Notes: generated by a model from the sequence alone, not told the origin. A DNA stretch of 64,000 nucleotides from Isurus oxyrinchus (GCA_026770705.1 JANJGN010000026.1:35526001-35590000), one strand, 5' to 3'; counted from the stretch's first letter, positions 12,804 to 26,001 are shown. A program made the numbers and translations.

Positions 12804-14184
12804 GTGAATTCAAGGGAGACGTCAGCATTATCGCTGCCGGTAAACGGATTCACCCAGCCAAGGGGTGGGGGGCGGTGGGGTGTGGGGCGCGGAGGGGTGA
12901 GGGGGGACGGTGGTGGTGGGGAGGTGGAGGGGGAGGGAGGTGGCGGCGGTGCTGGAGTTGGGGGAGGTGGTGAATACAAACAATTAAAGCAGCTGAAACA
13001 AAATGTAGAATTTCCTCAAATATTGAACACTAACAAGGTAAAATGGAAACCACACAGACCTGTTGGTGTTGCTGTAATAACTGCAGATGAATGTGAAAGA
13101 GATCCTTGAGTCCACGGGGCTCCAATTTACAGGGAATGCTGTCGAGAACACCTTGGATACTGACAGGAAAGGTTACCTTTTCATGATATCTTGACACTGG
13201 CAGGGCCAAAAAGATATCATATCTGTCGTCGCTGTTTAATTGCAGCCTTTGCCTGTACAGCACATGGACAAAAGAAGCGTGAGGACGTTGCTTCTATAAT
13301 AATATGCCCATTGAAAATGATGTAGCTCCACCTCTCTATGAGAACCATGTTAGCCCCAGGTTCGCGAAATGAACTCCAATGTTATTATTTAACTGCAAAT
13401 GCCTTCACCATTGATCTCGGATTGAAGTGTGCGGGCGAAAGCAGACTTTGGATGACAGAAAAATCCCAACCCAATCGGAATTGTAATTCCTAATGGCAAA
13501 TGTATTTAATTTCAAACTTTCAAGTTGAGTAGCTAGCTTATTTGTAATGAAGTAAGCTATGAAATTATTGGCATTAGCAAAGATAGAATATTATGAGTTC
13601 AAATCGAAGGGCTGAAATATCTTTTTTTCGTTAATTTAGATGAAAGCAAATGCCAGTCAGCATTCTTTGGGGCAATATGGCCAATGGCAGACACAGCGAA
13701 TCCGCACCTCCACCTGCTGGCCTGATTTAAATGAACACCTTTGGGAGGATCTCAGAGATCATTGTTCAGTATTTGTGTTCTCTCTGTTTTCATTATTCGG
13801 TCTGATTCAGGATGATGAGGCAATCTCTCCTCCCACCTTCCACCAAATCTGAGCAAGAACCTCCCTCACAGTTCACTTTGTGAGGTGGAGTCCCAGAAGG
13901 TTGCTTCTAGCGGGCACAGTGTTCTGGTGTTCGTTAAGATTGATGCACAACAGCACTGACTTCTCCAGAAGCAGCTACCCTGGCCTGAATCTGCCGACAG
14001 TTAATTTACCCAAGTTGATAGGACACGAAATGGTGGCAATTCTGGATTTCACACTCTATCATTTACGTGAGTGCGGCACACATCATTAAATGCCTATAAT
14101 ATCACATATATTGTAATACATATAGTCTAACAGTATATTATAATATTATATTATATATTATATTGTACAGTATAATATATATTA

Positions 14185-14435
14185 TTCGTTTATGGGATGT
14201 AGGCGTCGCTGTCTAGGCCACCAGTTATTGCCCATCCCTCCCTAATTGACCTTGATGAAAGGGCATTTGAGAGTCAACCACATTGCTGTGGGACCAGAGT
14301 CACATGTAGGTCAGACCAAATAAGGATGGCAGGTTTCCTGCCCTAAAGAGCATAAATGAACCAGATGCTTTTTAAGACAACCGACAGTCGTTTCATGGAC
14401 ATATTCCCAGATTTGTATTGAATTCAAATTTCAAT
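14185..14435 (-). mobile_element. SINE / LINE-tail repeat
   Basis: Similar to 37655-38000 and the reverse complement of 22470-22830. Confidence 0.7.
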
Positions 14436-14457
14436 ATTTGCCTGTTTTCGAAATATA

Positions 14458-14461
<4 letters not shown>

Positions 14462-14504
<43 letters not shown>
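14462..14504. repeat. (TG)n microsatellite
   Basis: About 21 TG units. Confidence 0.95.
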
Positions 14505-14507
<3 letters not shown>

Positions 14508-14591
14508 AATATAATTATGCTATATTCTGTTGGATTGCATTTTCCAGTATTCTATCATCTTGTATTTTGTTATTTTGTATTTTATTATTGT

Positions 14592-14924
14592 AAGTTATAT
14601 GGAATTGCGCTTTTTCTTTTACAAATTATGTACATTATATCTCATGCAACTGGCAGTAATGGAGTATGACAGTCAGCGGTTGTTGCAGAAGGAGACATTG
14701 CATCATTGATCTGTTTTACCAAAGTAGCAGGACGGATCAGACGATATCCGGACAGAACAATGCAGCACTTGGCGAGAAGTACCAGCAATCGGAACAAGAT
14801 CAAGGCTTGGCCCAATTTAGCGTAGTGAAGTGCTCAGAATGTTGGCGACGCTCGAGTGACAGACGCTATTTCTGTTTCTTTGAGGCACAATGTGTCACCT
14901 CGCAGTAAGGATCATAGAAAAGCC
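14592..14924 (+). pseudogene. Highly decayed TCR V pseudogene, apparently with fused leader
   Basis: KLYGIALFLLQIMYIISHATG-SNGV*QSAVVAEGDIASLIC...RRYPDRTMQHL...GDARVTDA; CACAATG 14886-14892, 23-bp spacer, AGAAAAGCC. Confidence 0.7.
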
Positions 14925-15605
14925 TCCTGAGGGAGGTGGGTGACAGTTTGTAGCCTGTGCCCTTATCAAAGAGCTGGGAGTTTGATAACAATCTCCCCGG
15001 AAAAGGGCCCTCCGTCGCCTAATAAGTGAATCCTGCCCTGATCATTGTTCACGCTACAAAATCAGACCAGAAGGGTCAACATCCATTTAGCATTAATTTA
15101 TTTCCTGTCAAAATAGAAATCAAACACCATATGTTCCATACGTTCCTTTCTGAACTACTGTGTGGTGGGCCTATGTTTAAATAATCATTGGGTATTTCAT
15201 GTTTAAGTCCAGTTCTAGACTTTGGCACATTCTGTGCTTTGTTACAGGCACGAGGGAATGGGAGAGATTAAGAGTCCCTGGATCCTTCTGGGTTAATGGT
15301 CTGGAAAAAAGGTAGTAACATTAGGCTGCAGTTTCTACATGTCTGATAACTTTCTCTCGCTCTGTTGGTGCATTAATATTCCGGGTGATCTCAGAGATAT
15401 TTTCTGAGGAGATGTAACTCGAGGCATTGAGTTAGTTCTGAATATTTCCATACAGGTTCCCTGTTTCCCTGGACAAGGACCAAAAGAGTAATGCAACTGT
15501 TTGAGAGACAAACCTGCCAATCTTTCTCCTAGACTTTGTTGGGATCAAAGTTCCTGCCGGTAATAGTCCGGAAGCGTACTTAATGGTCTTGTAAATATTT
15601 GCTGA

Positions 15606-16126
15606 GGTTTTTGTACAGCGTCGTGGCTGTTATCTGGCGCTGTGCCTCACTACACAGTAATAGACGACGCTGTCCTTCTCCACACTCAGTCCGCTTATAT
15701 TGAGGTAACCAGACCTTGTAGACCTGTCAGCAGCCGCCAGATATTGCCTTCAGATTTTGTCTTCTTTCAGCACTACTGTCCTGCTGATTATCCAGCCTGG
15801 AGTCTGTGCAGGCTTCTGCCGATGCCATTGCATATACTCAATATCCAGGGTTTTATATTCACAATGTAACTGCACAGAACCCCCATCTAACATGGTTGTT
15901 GTCAGTGGAGACTGAGTCACTTGATCTGCAAATAGTCCGCCTGTGGAGTTAGAGGTACAAAAAAGCACAAGGTTCAATCTAAACCTGCATCTATCTGTAT
16001 GTGCAAATTCCCACCTATCAAGATGTCTAATCGCATTACATCCTATTGCAAACTCTTTGCATCAATCTGCTAACTTGCCTTGATGAACACAGTCCAGTAC
16101 TTACTATCCAGTATTATCAGGAACAT
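15606..16126 (-). pseudogene. TCR V pseudogene (single stop, shortened leader)
   Basis: Leader 16126-16105 MFLIILD|GTAAGT; exon from 15940 DQVTQSP...LHCEY..MQWHRQKP...KI*RQY...DSVVYYCVVR; CACAGCG 15638-15644, 23-bp spacer, ACAAAAACC. Confidence 0.93.
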
Positions 16127-16328
16127 GTCTGAGTGAATCTCTCTTTCTCTCAATGTGAATGGAATGATTTAGAGAGTGAGAAGAAGATAGGAAACCCGGG
16201 CTTTGTTTAACTCATTGTTCCACCCACACACTGCTGGGGGCCAGGCCCATCGTGACCTCACTCAAGCTACCATCCTTATTGGCTCTGGTGTTGGTCACGC
16301 GTGACTTTCTAATCAACATGTATAAACC

Positions 16329-16345
16329 TGGCGCCATCTGCTGGC
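16329..16345 (-). promoter_or_regulatory. CTCF-binding motif upstream of V promoter
   Basis: GCCAGCAGATGGCGCCA; conserved in the paralog at 31656. Confidence 0.7.
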
Positions 16346-17384
16346 AGATTCTGTTCAATTTGGTTGAGAATGGGGCCTTTGGGTGGCTGTGGAATTCATT
16401 GGTATACATATTAAAACAAGCATGCCAGATATTGTTTCCAAGGAATTGAAATTGGAGCTTATCAGACTCAGGCTTTCTTTTGTGTTTATGCCAGAGAATA
16501 ATGCATTTCTTTCTATATTACTGTTTGAAAATCAAGGAAAAACTATTTAGATAGGATGATAATATATAAGATATTACACATTAGAAGTAATGCACGAGGC
16601 AGGTACTAAGTGTGGCGGCCTTAAAAGTAAACAGACGAGGAAAACTGGCGTTATTCTTTTATGAAAGGATTTAAAGGAGATACTTAATTGAAGTAGTCAA
16701 AATGATAAGAGATCTGATGTAATAAATCGTGCATTATTGAGCCCAGTGGCAGAAAATTCGATAACGCATACACCCCATTTTCAGAGAAGAAAATGTAAGA
16801 AAAAATAAGCAAAAAGGTGAAATTCACTCATTACACTGTGTTGAAACCTGAAATGCACGACCTAAAGGATGGAAGAAGAACATTCAATCGGAACCTTCAA
16901 AAAGAAATTGTTTGCAAGTTGAAAATGAGAAAACTTGCCCCTCATGCGGAAACTGCAGGAGTTGAAAGGCGGTTTTGATAACTCTTCCAAACAGACACAG
17001 GGATGGTATGGCAAATAATCTAATTCAGTGGTTTAAAATTACATGATTCAAGTTTCTTCATGCCTCTTCTGCTCTATTTGCTCTCTGTCACTTGAACAGT
17101 GAGCAGCTGCAGGATTGTCACAAACTTGTGAAATTTCAACCGTCGCTATTTCCGCTCCCTCAGTTCAGAGAGCAGCTGAGAGTTATCGCGCACTTCACTT
17201 AATATTGAGTCTGCGGTATCCCCGCCCACAGCTGGTCAGTCTCTGACCCGATTATGTTATTGGAACGATTGCTGGCGCTGGTTCATTCTTCTCATTGTTT
17301 GGCTGGGCACTGCAGTGGGGCGGGGGTCTGTATTTCTGCTTTGACACAGGATTTTTTGCATGTAAGTTACAGACTCATGACGTA

Positions 17385-17932
17385 TCAAGGGGAACAATTT
17401 CACTCCGCTTTTCATTGTTATATCATTTCTCAGCAAGCATCTCCTTCCCGGTAAAGTCCACTGTCCTCCTGATTGCTGTGACCCAGATGTCATTGTTGTT
17501 AAAATAATAGTGATGGCGGTGATGATGATTATGTTGACCGACACGAAGCTGATGCTGACTATTGTTTTTACTTTTCTTTAATGTTAGAATGGGACAACCA
17601 AGGCACAGTAGAACAGTCGGTTCATGAAATACTGGATGAAGAGAAAATTAATGCTGCACAAACTTGCATTTTTAAAGCAAGCAATCGCAGCTTTTATGTG
17701 TAATGGCACAGTGAGCATCCCAGGCAGCCTCCAGAGTGGAAGCTTCATCATGTTCGAAAGAATGTGTACCGGAGCGCCGATATCAATCATTGGTTTTCTT
17801 CTTCGCTTAATTAGAAATGCCAAGATCGTTGATCTAACGATCGGCAACACATTGATTTCCCACTCTGCCGTGTATTTCTGTGCCATGAGCCAAACACTGC
17901 TGCAGAGAGATCGTGGAACGAAGACAAAAACT
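17385..17932 (+). pseudogene. TCR V pseudogene (paralog of the 30162 V)
   Basis: Exon from 17588 TVEQSVHE...QTCIFK..YV*WHSE...HSAVYFCAMS; stop plus frameshift; AACACTG 17893-17899, 24-bp spacer, ACAAAAACT. Confidence 0.9.
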
Positions 17933-17953
17933 CACAGTTTTTTCAATTACCGC

Positions 17954-17968
17954 TCAGCAGAGGGCGCT
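17954..17968 (+). promoter_or_regulatory. RSS-proximal CTCF motif
   Basis: TCAGCAGAGGGCGCT 21 bp after the nonamer. Confidence 0.65.
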
Positions 17969-18531
17969 GTCACACCCACAAAAAAAAGGAAGAATTCTAC
18001 TTCGAATGTGAGGTCACGCGGACCTTTTCAAAAGATCATCACATTCAACAAGAACAGCTAATTACATTAGCTTGTCTTTAAAATTTGAATTTATAATAAA
18101 AACGAACTTTGTAAATGGCAATGTAATGCTTCAATCCCACTTATCCTTTTCGACGCATTTCCCTGCTGACTTCTTTCTTATCATCCCTTCTCCATTCGGT
18201 AAAAAAAATGTGTACAGTTTCTTCTTTCAGTCTTTGATTTAAGGAGATGGCCCTTTGCTACTTCTCTGGGTATTAATTCACAACCCCTGCAACCCCGATG
18301 CCTATAGATTCAGCCCTGGATACGAGAGGTTATTCATGAAAAAAATTGCCTTTAATTGAATAATATAATAATCCTGATACTCCTGTCCCGAATCTGCTCG
18401 TCCCCAGTATGGAATGAATATGTGAGTGCCGCAACTCTTCTAGAGAGACAGACTTATATCCTTTTCGAAGCGGATATTACTACTGGTTCGCTTCCTTGCA
18501 GATGAATCCGAATGTATGATATCATGAAGAT

Positions 18532-20785
18532 AAAAGCAAAATACTGCGGATGAAACAAAAACAAAAATACCTAGAAAGACTCAGCAGGTCTGACAGAATC
18601 TGCGAAGCGGAATACAGTTGACATTTCGACTCCGTATGACTCTTCATCAGAACTAAGGAAAAAGAGAAATGAGATGAAATATATGCTGTTGGGTGGGGGG
18701 GGCGGGGGGGGGGGGGGTGGCGGTGCCGTGTGGTGGGACAAGTAGAGCTGGGTAGGGGGCCAGTGATAGGTGGAGGCAAAGAAGAGATTGCCAAAGATGT
18801 CATAGACAAAATGACAAAGGGGTGTTGACGGTGGTGACATTATCTAAGGAATGTGCTCATGGGGATATTAAGGGTAGCAAGCAGGACAAGCTGGTGGCAG
18901 ATGGCCCTATTGCGGGTGGGGCAGGGGGAAGGGATCGAAATGGGCTGAAAGGTGGAGATTAAAAAAATAGATCGAAATAAATTTTAAAATAGGTGGGGAA
19001 AAATATATTTTTATTATATATTATTGGAAAAGAGGGTATCGAAAAGGGGGTGGAGATGGAAGAGAGAGTTCATGATCTGAAATTGTTGAACTCAATTTTA
19101 AGTCCGGAAGGCTGCAAAGTACCTAGTCGGAAGATGAGGTGTTCTTCCTCCAGTTTGCGTTGAACTTCACTGGAACCTTGCAGCAGGCCAAGGACGGACA
19201 TGTGGGCATGAGAGCAGGGTGGAGTGTAGAAATGGCAAGCGACAGGGAGGTCTGGGTCATGCTTGCAGACAGGCCAAAGGTATTCTGCAAAGCGGTCACC
19301 CAGTCTGTGTTTGGTCTCTCCAATGTAGAGGAAAGTGCATTGGAAGCAGCAAAGACAGTAGACTAAATTGAGGGAAGTGCAAGTGAAGCACTGCTGCACT
19401 TGAACGGAGTCTTTGGGCTCTTGGACGGTGAGGAGGGGGTAAGTGTTGTATCTTCTGTGGTTGCATGGGAAGGTGCCGTGGGAGGGGGTGAGGTGTAGGG
19501 GGTGATGGAGGAGTGGACCAGGGTATCCCGGAGGGAATGATCCCTGCGGAAAGCCACCGGGGGAGCGAAGGGATTATGTGTTTAATGGTGGCATCATGCT
19601 GGTTTTGGTGGAACTGGCGGAGGATGATCCTTTGAATGCAGAGGCTGGTGGAGTGATAAGTGAGGACAAGGAGGACCCTATCATGGTTGTGGGAGGGAGA
19701 GGAAAGTGTGAGGATGGATGCGTAGGATATGGGTTGGAACTGTTGAGGGCCTTGTCAACAACCGTGGGTGGAAAATCGAGGATGCTTCACTGCCCCTGGC
19801 GGCTTTCTGCAGGGATCGTTCCCTCTGGGACACCCTAGTCCACTCCTCCATCACCCCCTACACCTTAACACCTTCCCACGGCACCTTATCATGCATCTGC
19901 AGAAGTTGCAACACCTGCCCCTTTACTTCCCCCCTCCTCACCGTCCAAGAGCCCAAAGACTCCGTTCAAGTGCAGCAGTGCTTCACTTGCACTTCCCTCA
20001 ATTTAGTCTATTGCATTCGCTGCTCCCAATGCGGTCTCCTGCACCTTGGAGAGACGAAACGGAGACTGGGTGACCGCTTTGTGGAACACCTTCAGCCTGT
20101 CTGCAAGCATGACCCAGACCTCCCTGTCGCTTGCCATTTCAACACACGACCCTGCTCTCATGCCCACATGTCCGTCCTTGGCCTGCTGCATTGTTCCAGT
20201 GAAGCTCAACACAAACTGGAGGAATAGCACCTCATCTTCCGACATTAGGCACTTTATAGCCATCTGGACTTAATATTCAGTTCAACAATTTCAGATCATG
20301 AACTGTCTCTTCCATCCCCACCCCCTTTCGGATCACCCTTTTTCCCATAAATTATAATTTTAAAACATATATATTTCTCTTTTCCCACCTATTTTGAAAT
20401 TTAATTCGATCTATTGTTTTATCTCCACCTTTCAGCTCATTTCAAACCCTTCCCCTCACCCAACACCCATTATGTCCATCTGCCACTAGCTTGTCCTGCT
20501 TGCTACCCTTAGGGTCCCTATTCCTTAGATAATATCACCACCGTCAACACCCCTTTGTCCTTTTGTCTATGACATCTTTGGCAATCTCTTCGTTGCCTCC
20601 TTATCACTGTCCCCCAATCCAGCTCTACCTGTCCCACCCACCTCTGCCATCTTATAGTTCACCACATTTCTCTGTTTTCCTTGTTCTGATGAAGAGTAAT
20701 GTGGACTCGAAACGTCAATTGTATTCTTCTCCTTGGATGCTGTCAGACCTGCTGAGTTTTCCAGGTATTTTAGTTTTTGTTGTGT
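18532..20785. mobile_element. Penelope-like element: two 3' halves in inverted arrangement
   Basis: GIY-YIG ORF remnants on minus (19070-19399) and plus (19718-20227), junction near 19785, pseudo-LTR at both outer ends. Confidence 0.92.
20683..20719 (+). ncRNA. Minimal hammerhead ribozyme motif in Penelope pseudo-LTR
   Basis: GTT-CTGATGA-A-GAGT(loop)ACTC-GAAA-CGTC-AAT. Confidence 0.7.
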
Positions 20786-21209
20786 ATGATATCACTGCCT
20801 GCTATAACACCGCCCATATCATCATCCACTGCTGTCGTCAGTATGACCCGCCTTCTTTGCCATTTATTATTGGAGAGTTTGCTGCCTTTGTTCTCTGATG
20901 TAATTGATTGGATGTGGGCGGCCCCGTGTTAGCTCAGAGACAGTGTGAGCCAATGTCACTTTGAAGTAGTGAATGTAAGTGGCCAGGACATGAGTTCAGA
21001 GACAGTGTGAACCGGTGTTCGTGTGAATCCTGAAGCGGTAAACTCCAAGGCTCGGCTTATTTCGCTAGTCCGACAGAAAAGCGCCTTGAGTTGGACCTGA
21101 AGTGAATGTTTGGTTGCTTGTTCAATCTTCAGAATACAATATCCTTTTCCTGGCCGTAACCTGATCTCCGTGGACAATTGCTTCAGCTGGTATTTCATGT
21201 GATCTGATA

Positions 21210-21575
21210 ATGCTGTGGATTTACAGAGTCTGTTTTCTCTTATCCATTCTGATCTCCACTGAAGTGACCGGTGAAGATGAGGTGACGAAGCTCCCAGTGT
21301 GAATTGTTGTCAGTGAAGCGGGAATCGTATCCATGAACTGCACCATCATCAGTGGGATGAACGTGGTGTGTTGGTACAGGCAGCTCCCCAATCAGCCACC
21401 CCAACATCTTGTAGTGGCCACAAGAGGAACTGATCAACACGGGAGGATCTCTGCTTCAGTCGGGGGAGACAACAAACTTAGTATCCTGGCCATGAGGGAT
21501 ACGCAAGTTACAGACACTGCCTCCTATCTAAGTGCCATGAGTGTAACAAACAAACTGAGAGCTCGTACAGAAACC
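21210..21575 (+). pseudogene. TCR V pseudogene with intronless leader
   Basis: MLWIYRVCFLLSILISTEVTG-EDEVTKLPV*IVVSE..SMNCT..CWYRQLP...DTASYLSAM; Cys104->Ser; heptamer 5' part missing, 23-bp spacer, ACAGAAACC. Confidence 0.9.
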
Positions 21576-21634
21576 TACACAGAGTGGGGGCTCAGGACTA
21601 CGATGTTTCCATGATCGGCTTGTGAATTATGTGA

Positions 21635-21851
21635 NNNNNNNNNNNNNNNNNNNNNNNNNNNNNNNNNNNNNNNNNNNNNNNNNNNNNNNNNNNNNNNNNN
21701 NNNNNNNNNNNNNNNNNNNNNNNNNNNNNNNNNNNNNNNNNNNNNNNNNNNNNNNNNNNNNNNNNNNNNNNNNNNNNNNNNNNNNNNNNNNNNNNNNNNN
21801 NNNNNNNNNNNNNNNNNNNNNNNNNNNNNNNNNNNNNNNNNNNNNNNNNNN
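21635..21851. other. Assembly gap
   Basis: Run of N. Confidence 1.
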
Positions 21852-22469
21852 TGGGGACGGTGTTAAGGGCAAGAGCAAGGCAGTATAATATATAAAGGTT
21901 TAAACGTGATCAGAAATGCAAGGAGTTAGAAACATAGATGCTGAGAAAGGAAGCGCAAACGCACAAGCCAGAATGAGTGAGAGGCAATGGTAAAGCGAAT
22001 AGGTACAGGAATCATTCGTGAAAAGCTCATAACATGAGATAAATATGGAAAAATAAATGAAAGAAAGTGGAAAATAACGAACGTCATTCAAAGAGTTTAA
22101 AGATTAGATGAAGTCATAAATGTAAAGAACCTCAAATAAAATAGAATTCATTTATATTTAACAACACTCATACTTCTCTGTTAGTTCCAAAGCTAAATTT
22201 TCTGAAAATGTTGCCTAAACACTGGTCATTGAATCGTGCCACATGGATACATTTCCACTTTTCTCTTTGTTCTGATGTTGAAAAGTTCTCATGGGTTCCG
22301 CTAGGATAACGTGTGATCACACGTTACTCCCTGTTATCCACTGGACATTATAGGGGCAGAACTGGCAGTTACCCTGCACAGGCAGCCCCACCCACAGGTT
22401 TCCTTCGTTGTTATTCGTTTTGACCCTCATTGCTTGCTCTGTAGTAGTGGGTACATTTAATGGAAAGAC

Positions 22470-22830
22470 AGTGGTATAATGGTTATGTTGTTGCACTAGT
22501 AATTGAGCGACTCGGTTGCATGGGTTTAAGTCCCTCCACACAGCATGTGGCAAATTTAAATTTAAAGAGCAAAACCTGGGAATGAAATCAAGTTTTGTAA
22601 TAGTGACCATGAAAGTAACATTGATTGGTGTACCGATGTCCTTTGGGGAAGAAAATCTGCCATCTCTTCCTGGCCTGATCTACATGAGAATCAAGACCCG
22701 CAGCAATGTGTTTGGCTCATAACTCCCCTCCGAGACAGCCTCACCAACCACTCAGCTCATGGGCAATTAGGGATCGGCAACAAATGGGTCTTGTCAGCGA
22801 TGCCTACATCTCATCAAATAATTTTAAAAA
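22470..22830 (+). mobile_element. tRNA-derived SINE with LINE-type tail
   Basis: A/B-box-like head (GTGGTATAATGG...GGGTTTAAGTCC); tail shared with 10320-10375. Confidence 0.65.
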
Positions 22831-23111
22831 GCCAAAAAAGAATGGTAAAGAGTATTCTGAACAAACTAATCATGTCTCCAGATGAGGTGTGAATGGATCC
22901 TTGGCGGCTGCCCAAATGTAATATGAAGGGATAAAGAAAGAAACGAGACAAGAACGAACCAGCACAAAAAAAACATGAAAACGATGGAGGCAGAGGTCAT
23001 CATCTATAATTGAACACAATGTTAAATACAGAAGGCTGTAAAGAACATTGAAAAATAGCAGTATTGCTTTGGAATTGGTATCAATGCTTTTACACTTTCT
23101 TGCATATTGTC

Positions 23112-23535
23112 AGCCTTGGTTCAGTTGGTGACACACTCCCAGCAGCATCAAAATGTTCTGGGTTCAACCTCACTCCAGGACTTGAGCACAAAAATCAATG
23201 CTGACGCTCAGGTGAATCACTGGAGGAGAATTACATCAGGTGACGTATTTTGGATGAGGCATTAACACGATCTACACCTCTCTGCTCAGGTGAATGTAAA
23301 ATATCTCATGACACTCTTTCTAAGAAAAGCATGGGAATTATCCAATTTTCATCCCTCAATTAACATCACACAAACTGGCTATCCCATTGCTATATGTCAA
23401 TTTGCTGTATGGACATTAACGACAACAGCTCCTAAATTACAACAATGATCACACTTCAGCAAGTGCTTCAATGGCGATAAGTTCTTTGATACGTCCATTA
23501 ATTGGAGAAAATGCTAACTGAATGTAAGGTTATTT
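23112..23535 (+). mobile_element. tRNA-derived SINE (Deu-core-like)
   Basis: TGGTTCAGTTGG...GGTTCAACC head; similar body at 49880-50130 (minus) and 59750-59870. Confidence 0.65.
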
Positions 23536-23919
23536 CCTTCTTTCATTATCATTTACGATGCAATTACCAATATTGACATATTCAAACATCAGCAAGAAAG
23601 GTTCGTTATGCACACATCTGGGTAAGGTTCAAAGAATAAAAGCATATTTTCGGACTGGAATAATGAAATTCCTCTTTACGCACAATGTGAGAGCAAAGTG
23701 AAACAAGGTTTCACTCAGACTGGAGGAGAGAAACAGATCAGAATTGGTGGATTTTACAAAGGAAGGCGAGAATTAGGGTCTCCCTGGAAAAGCGAACAAC
23801 ACCAAGAAGGAGGGAAAATCCATTCTCATTTATAACTATACTGTAAAATACAACTTGCCGGATTCAGCAACAGTAAAAACACCTCGCAGTTATTAGTACA
23901 CAAGAGGGCAATGTGAACT

Positions 23920-24120
23920 ACTGGGTGTAGGCACCACAGTATGAGCTCAGAGAGTGTAGGCAGGTCTCCGTCAAAGACAGTGAGTATGGGTGGCCCGGTG
24001 TGAGCTCAGAGAGCGTGAACTGTCTCAGTGAGAAACACTGAGTGTAGGCAGCCCAGTGTGAACTCAGAGAGTGTGAGCTGGTGTCCTGGAGAAAGACTGA
24101 GTTTTGGTGCTGCCTGTGAG
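23920..24120. repeat. ~58-bp degenerate tandem repeat, about 3.5 copies
   Basis: GAGCTCAGAGAGTGT..GTCTC..GAGAAAGACTGAGT recurring. Confidence 0.75.
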
Positions 24121-24149
24121 TTGAGGGGCAAGGAAAGCGTTGCTTCAAT

Positions 24150-24680
24150 TAAATAGAAGCTTGGTTAGGTCACACCTAGAGTACTGTGTGCAGTTTTGTC
24201 CCCCTTAACTCTGAAATAGTATCGCTCTCGAGGTAGTGCACCGAAGGTTCACCAGACTTGTTCCTGGAATGGTGGTACTGTCTTATGAGGAGAGATTGGG
24301 GAAACTGGGCCTGTATTCTCTAAAGTTTCGAAGAATGAGAGGTGATCTGATTGAAACCTACAGAACACTTAAAATAATAGACAGGGTACATGCAGGTAAG
24401 ATGTTTCCCCCCACTGGAGAGTCTAGAACCAAGGGACACAATTTTAAAATAATGGGGAAGCGACCAATGGCAAAGATGAGTGGAAATTTCTTTACTCTGA
24501 GAGTTGCAAATCTTTGGAATTCTCCACCCCAGAGGGCCATGAAAGTTCAGTCTTTGAGTGTAGTTAAGGTACAATTGATAGATTTCCGATTCACAATAAC
24601 GTAAGGGGTTATGGAGATAGTATGGGTAAAAGCCAGGGCAGGCTCGACAGGCTGAATGGCCTTCTCCTGTTCCTATTGTA
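24150..24680 (+). mobile_element. CR1 LINE 3' fragment
   Basis: RRFTRLVPGM..SYEERLGKLGLYSL..RRMRGDLIETY...NFFTLRVANLWN. Confidence 0.92.
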
Positions 24681-24885
24681 AGCTGCCATTAGTGAGAAGC
24701 ATGGAAAGTGGAAGCTCCAGAGTAGGCACATTCCGAGCACATGTTCTTTCGGTTTTCCACACGAAGAAACCTCTGAGTTTGGTTTGAAGCGGGGGTCTGG
24801 CTGATTGTTAGTTCTCCTGAATCTGCTCTCGTGCCCTGGTTCTCCGTGGACAATTCGGTCTACAAGCATTTCATCCGGTTCAATA

Positions 24886-25225
24886 ATGTTCCAGATTTAC
24901 TGGGTTTTCGTGATGGTTGATGCACTTCTCAAGTGAAGCTGAGGTTGTGCAGCTCCCTGGGCGGCTGGTTCTCAGTGACGTGGGAATCGTATCCATGAAC
25001 TGCTCGGCTACCATCTCGTACTGGGACAGACTCCGCCCGTAACAGCCCCTCCAGCATCTGGTTATGGCCACATGTGGTACCGATCAACAAGGAAGGATCA
25101 CTGTTGCAATCCGGTGAGTCAATAAATTTAGCACAATGACCTTGAGGGACATCCGAATGACAGACAGCGCCACTATCTCTGTGCCGTGAGGCCACAGAGT
25201 AGCAAACAGAGTCTGTACAGAAACC
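24886..25225 (+). pseudogene. TCR V pseudogene with intronless leader (paralog of 21210)
   Basis: MFQIYWVF...EAEVVQLPGRLVLSDVGIVSMNC...DIRMTDSA..LCAVR with frameshifts; CACAGAG 25193-25199, 17-bp spacer, ACAGAAACC. Confidence 0.88.
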
Positions 25226-26001
25226 CTGTGGGAGAGCTCCTCTGCTGTGTTTTGGCATATCCGGTAATAATAATGGAAATCTATAGTGCATGAGCTTAAA
25301 ATAGAAAATAGTGAAGAGAGAGAGATCAAAAAGTGCGAAATAAAGATAAATGGAAACCCAGGCAGGGAAAACAGAGGAGCAAACATGGAAAGGGAGATTG
25401 AGAGCAAGAATGGGTAGAAACGTTTGCCAATTCATTTCAGGGAAAGGACATTAACAAAATAAGAAAAGATGAATAAAGGAAAGTGCAAATAACTAGTGGG
25501 AAAAGCAAATGTAGAAGTAAACCTTGAAGGAAAAGATGTAACAACGAGAAAACTGCATTTTCCTTTAAACTCCCTTCCCCCCAGGAGATATTTCAATTGC
25601 CTGAAATAGGTCTGTGAATAAAAAGCTGGAAGCTGCCGGAAGATGTTGATTCCTTTGTGAGGTACATTTGTCCAGCCTCTATTCATTCTATCAGGAAAGA
25701 ATTTTACTGAATTCGAACACCCAGCGCCTGATATGTTCCTTTCCAGAGCCACTGGCAGAAAGCGACAGGTTTCCACCTACACATGGAGGAGAGGAACTTG
25801 CTGGTCTTCAGACAGCTGGCCTGTTCAGGTGTGAGCCGCTGGGCTAGGGAGCAGCAGCTCAACAAACTGCTTCTTACATCGTGTGAACAATAGTTACAAC
25901 CAACCCAGAAGCAGAAATTCCACGTGACTTGAAATTGGTTCCTTTAGGTATCTGGTAATGTGTTTACCCGATATGTGTTCATCTAATGCCAGCTGTTTCA
26001 T

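Noticed and set aside
12728-13109. Pro-rich/Gly-rich ORFs
   Set aside because: Produced by a G-rich low-complexity tract
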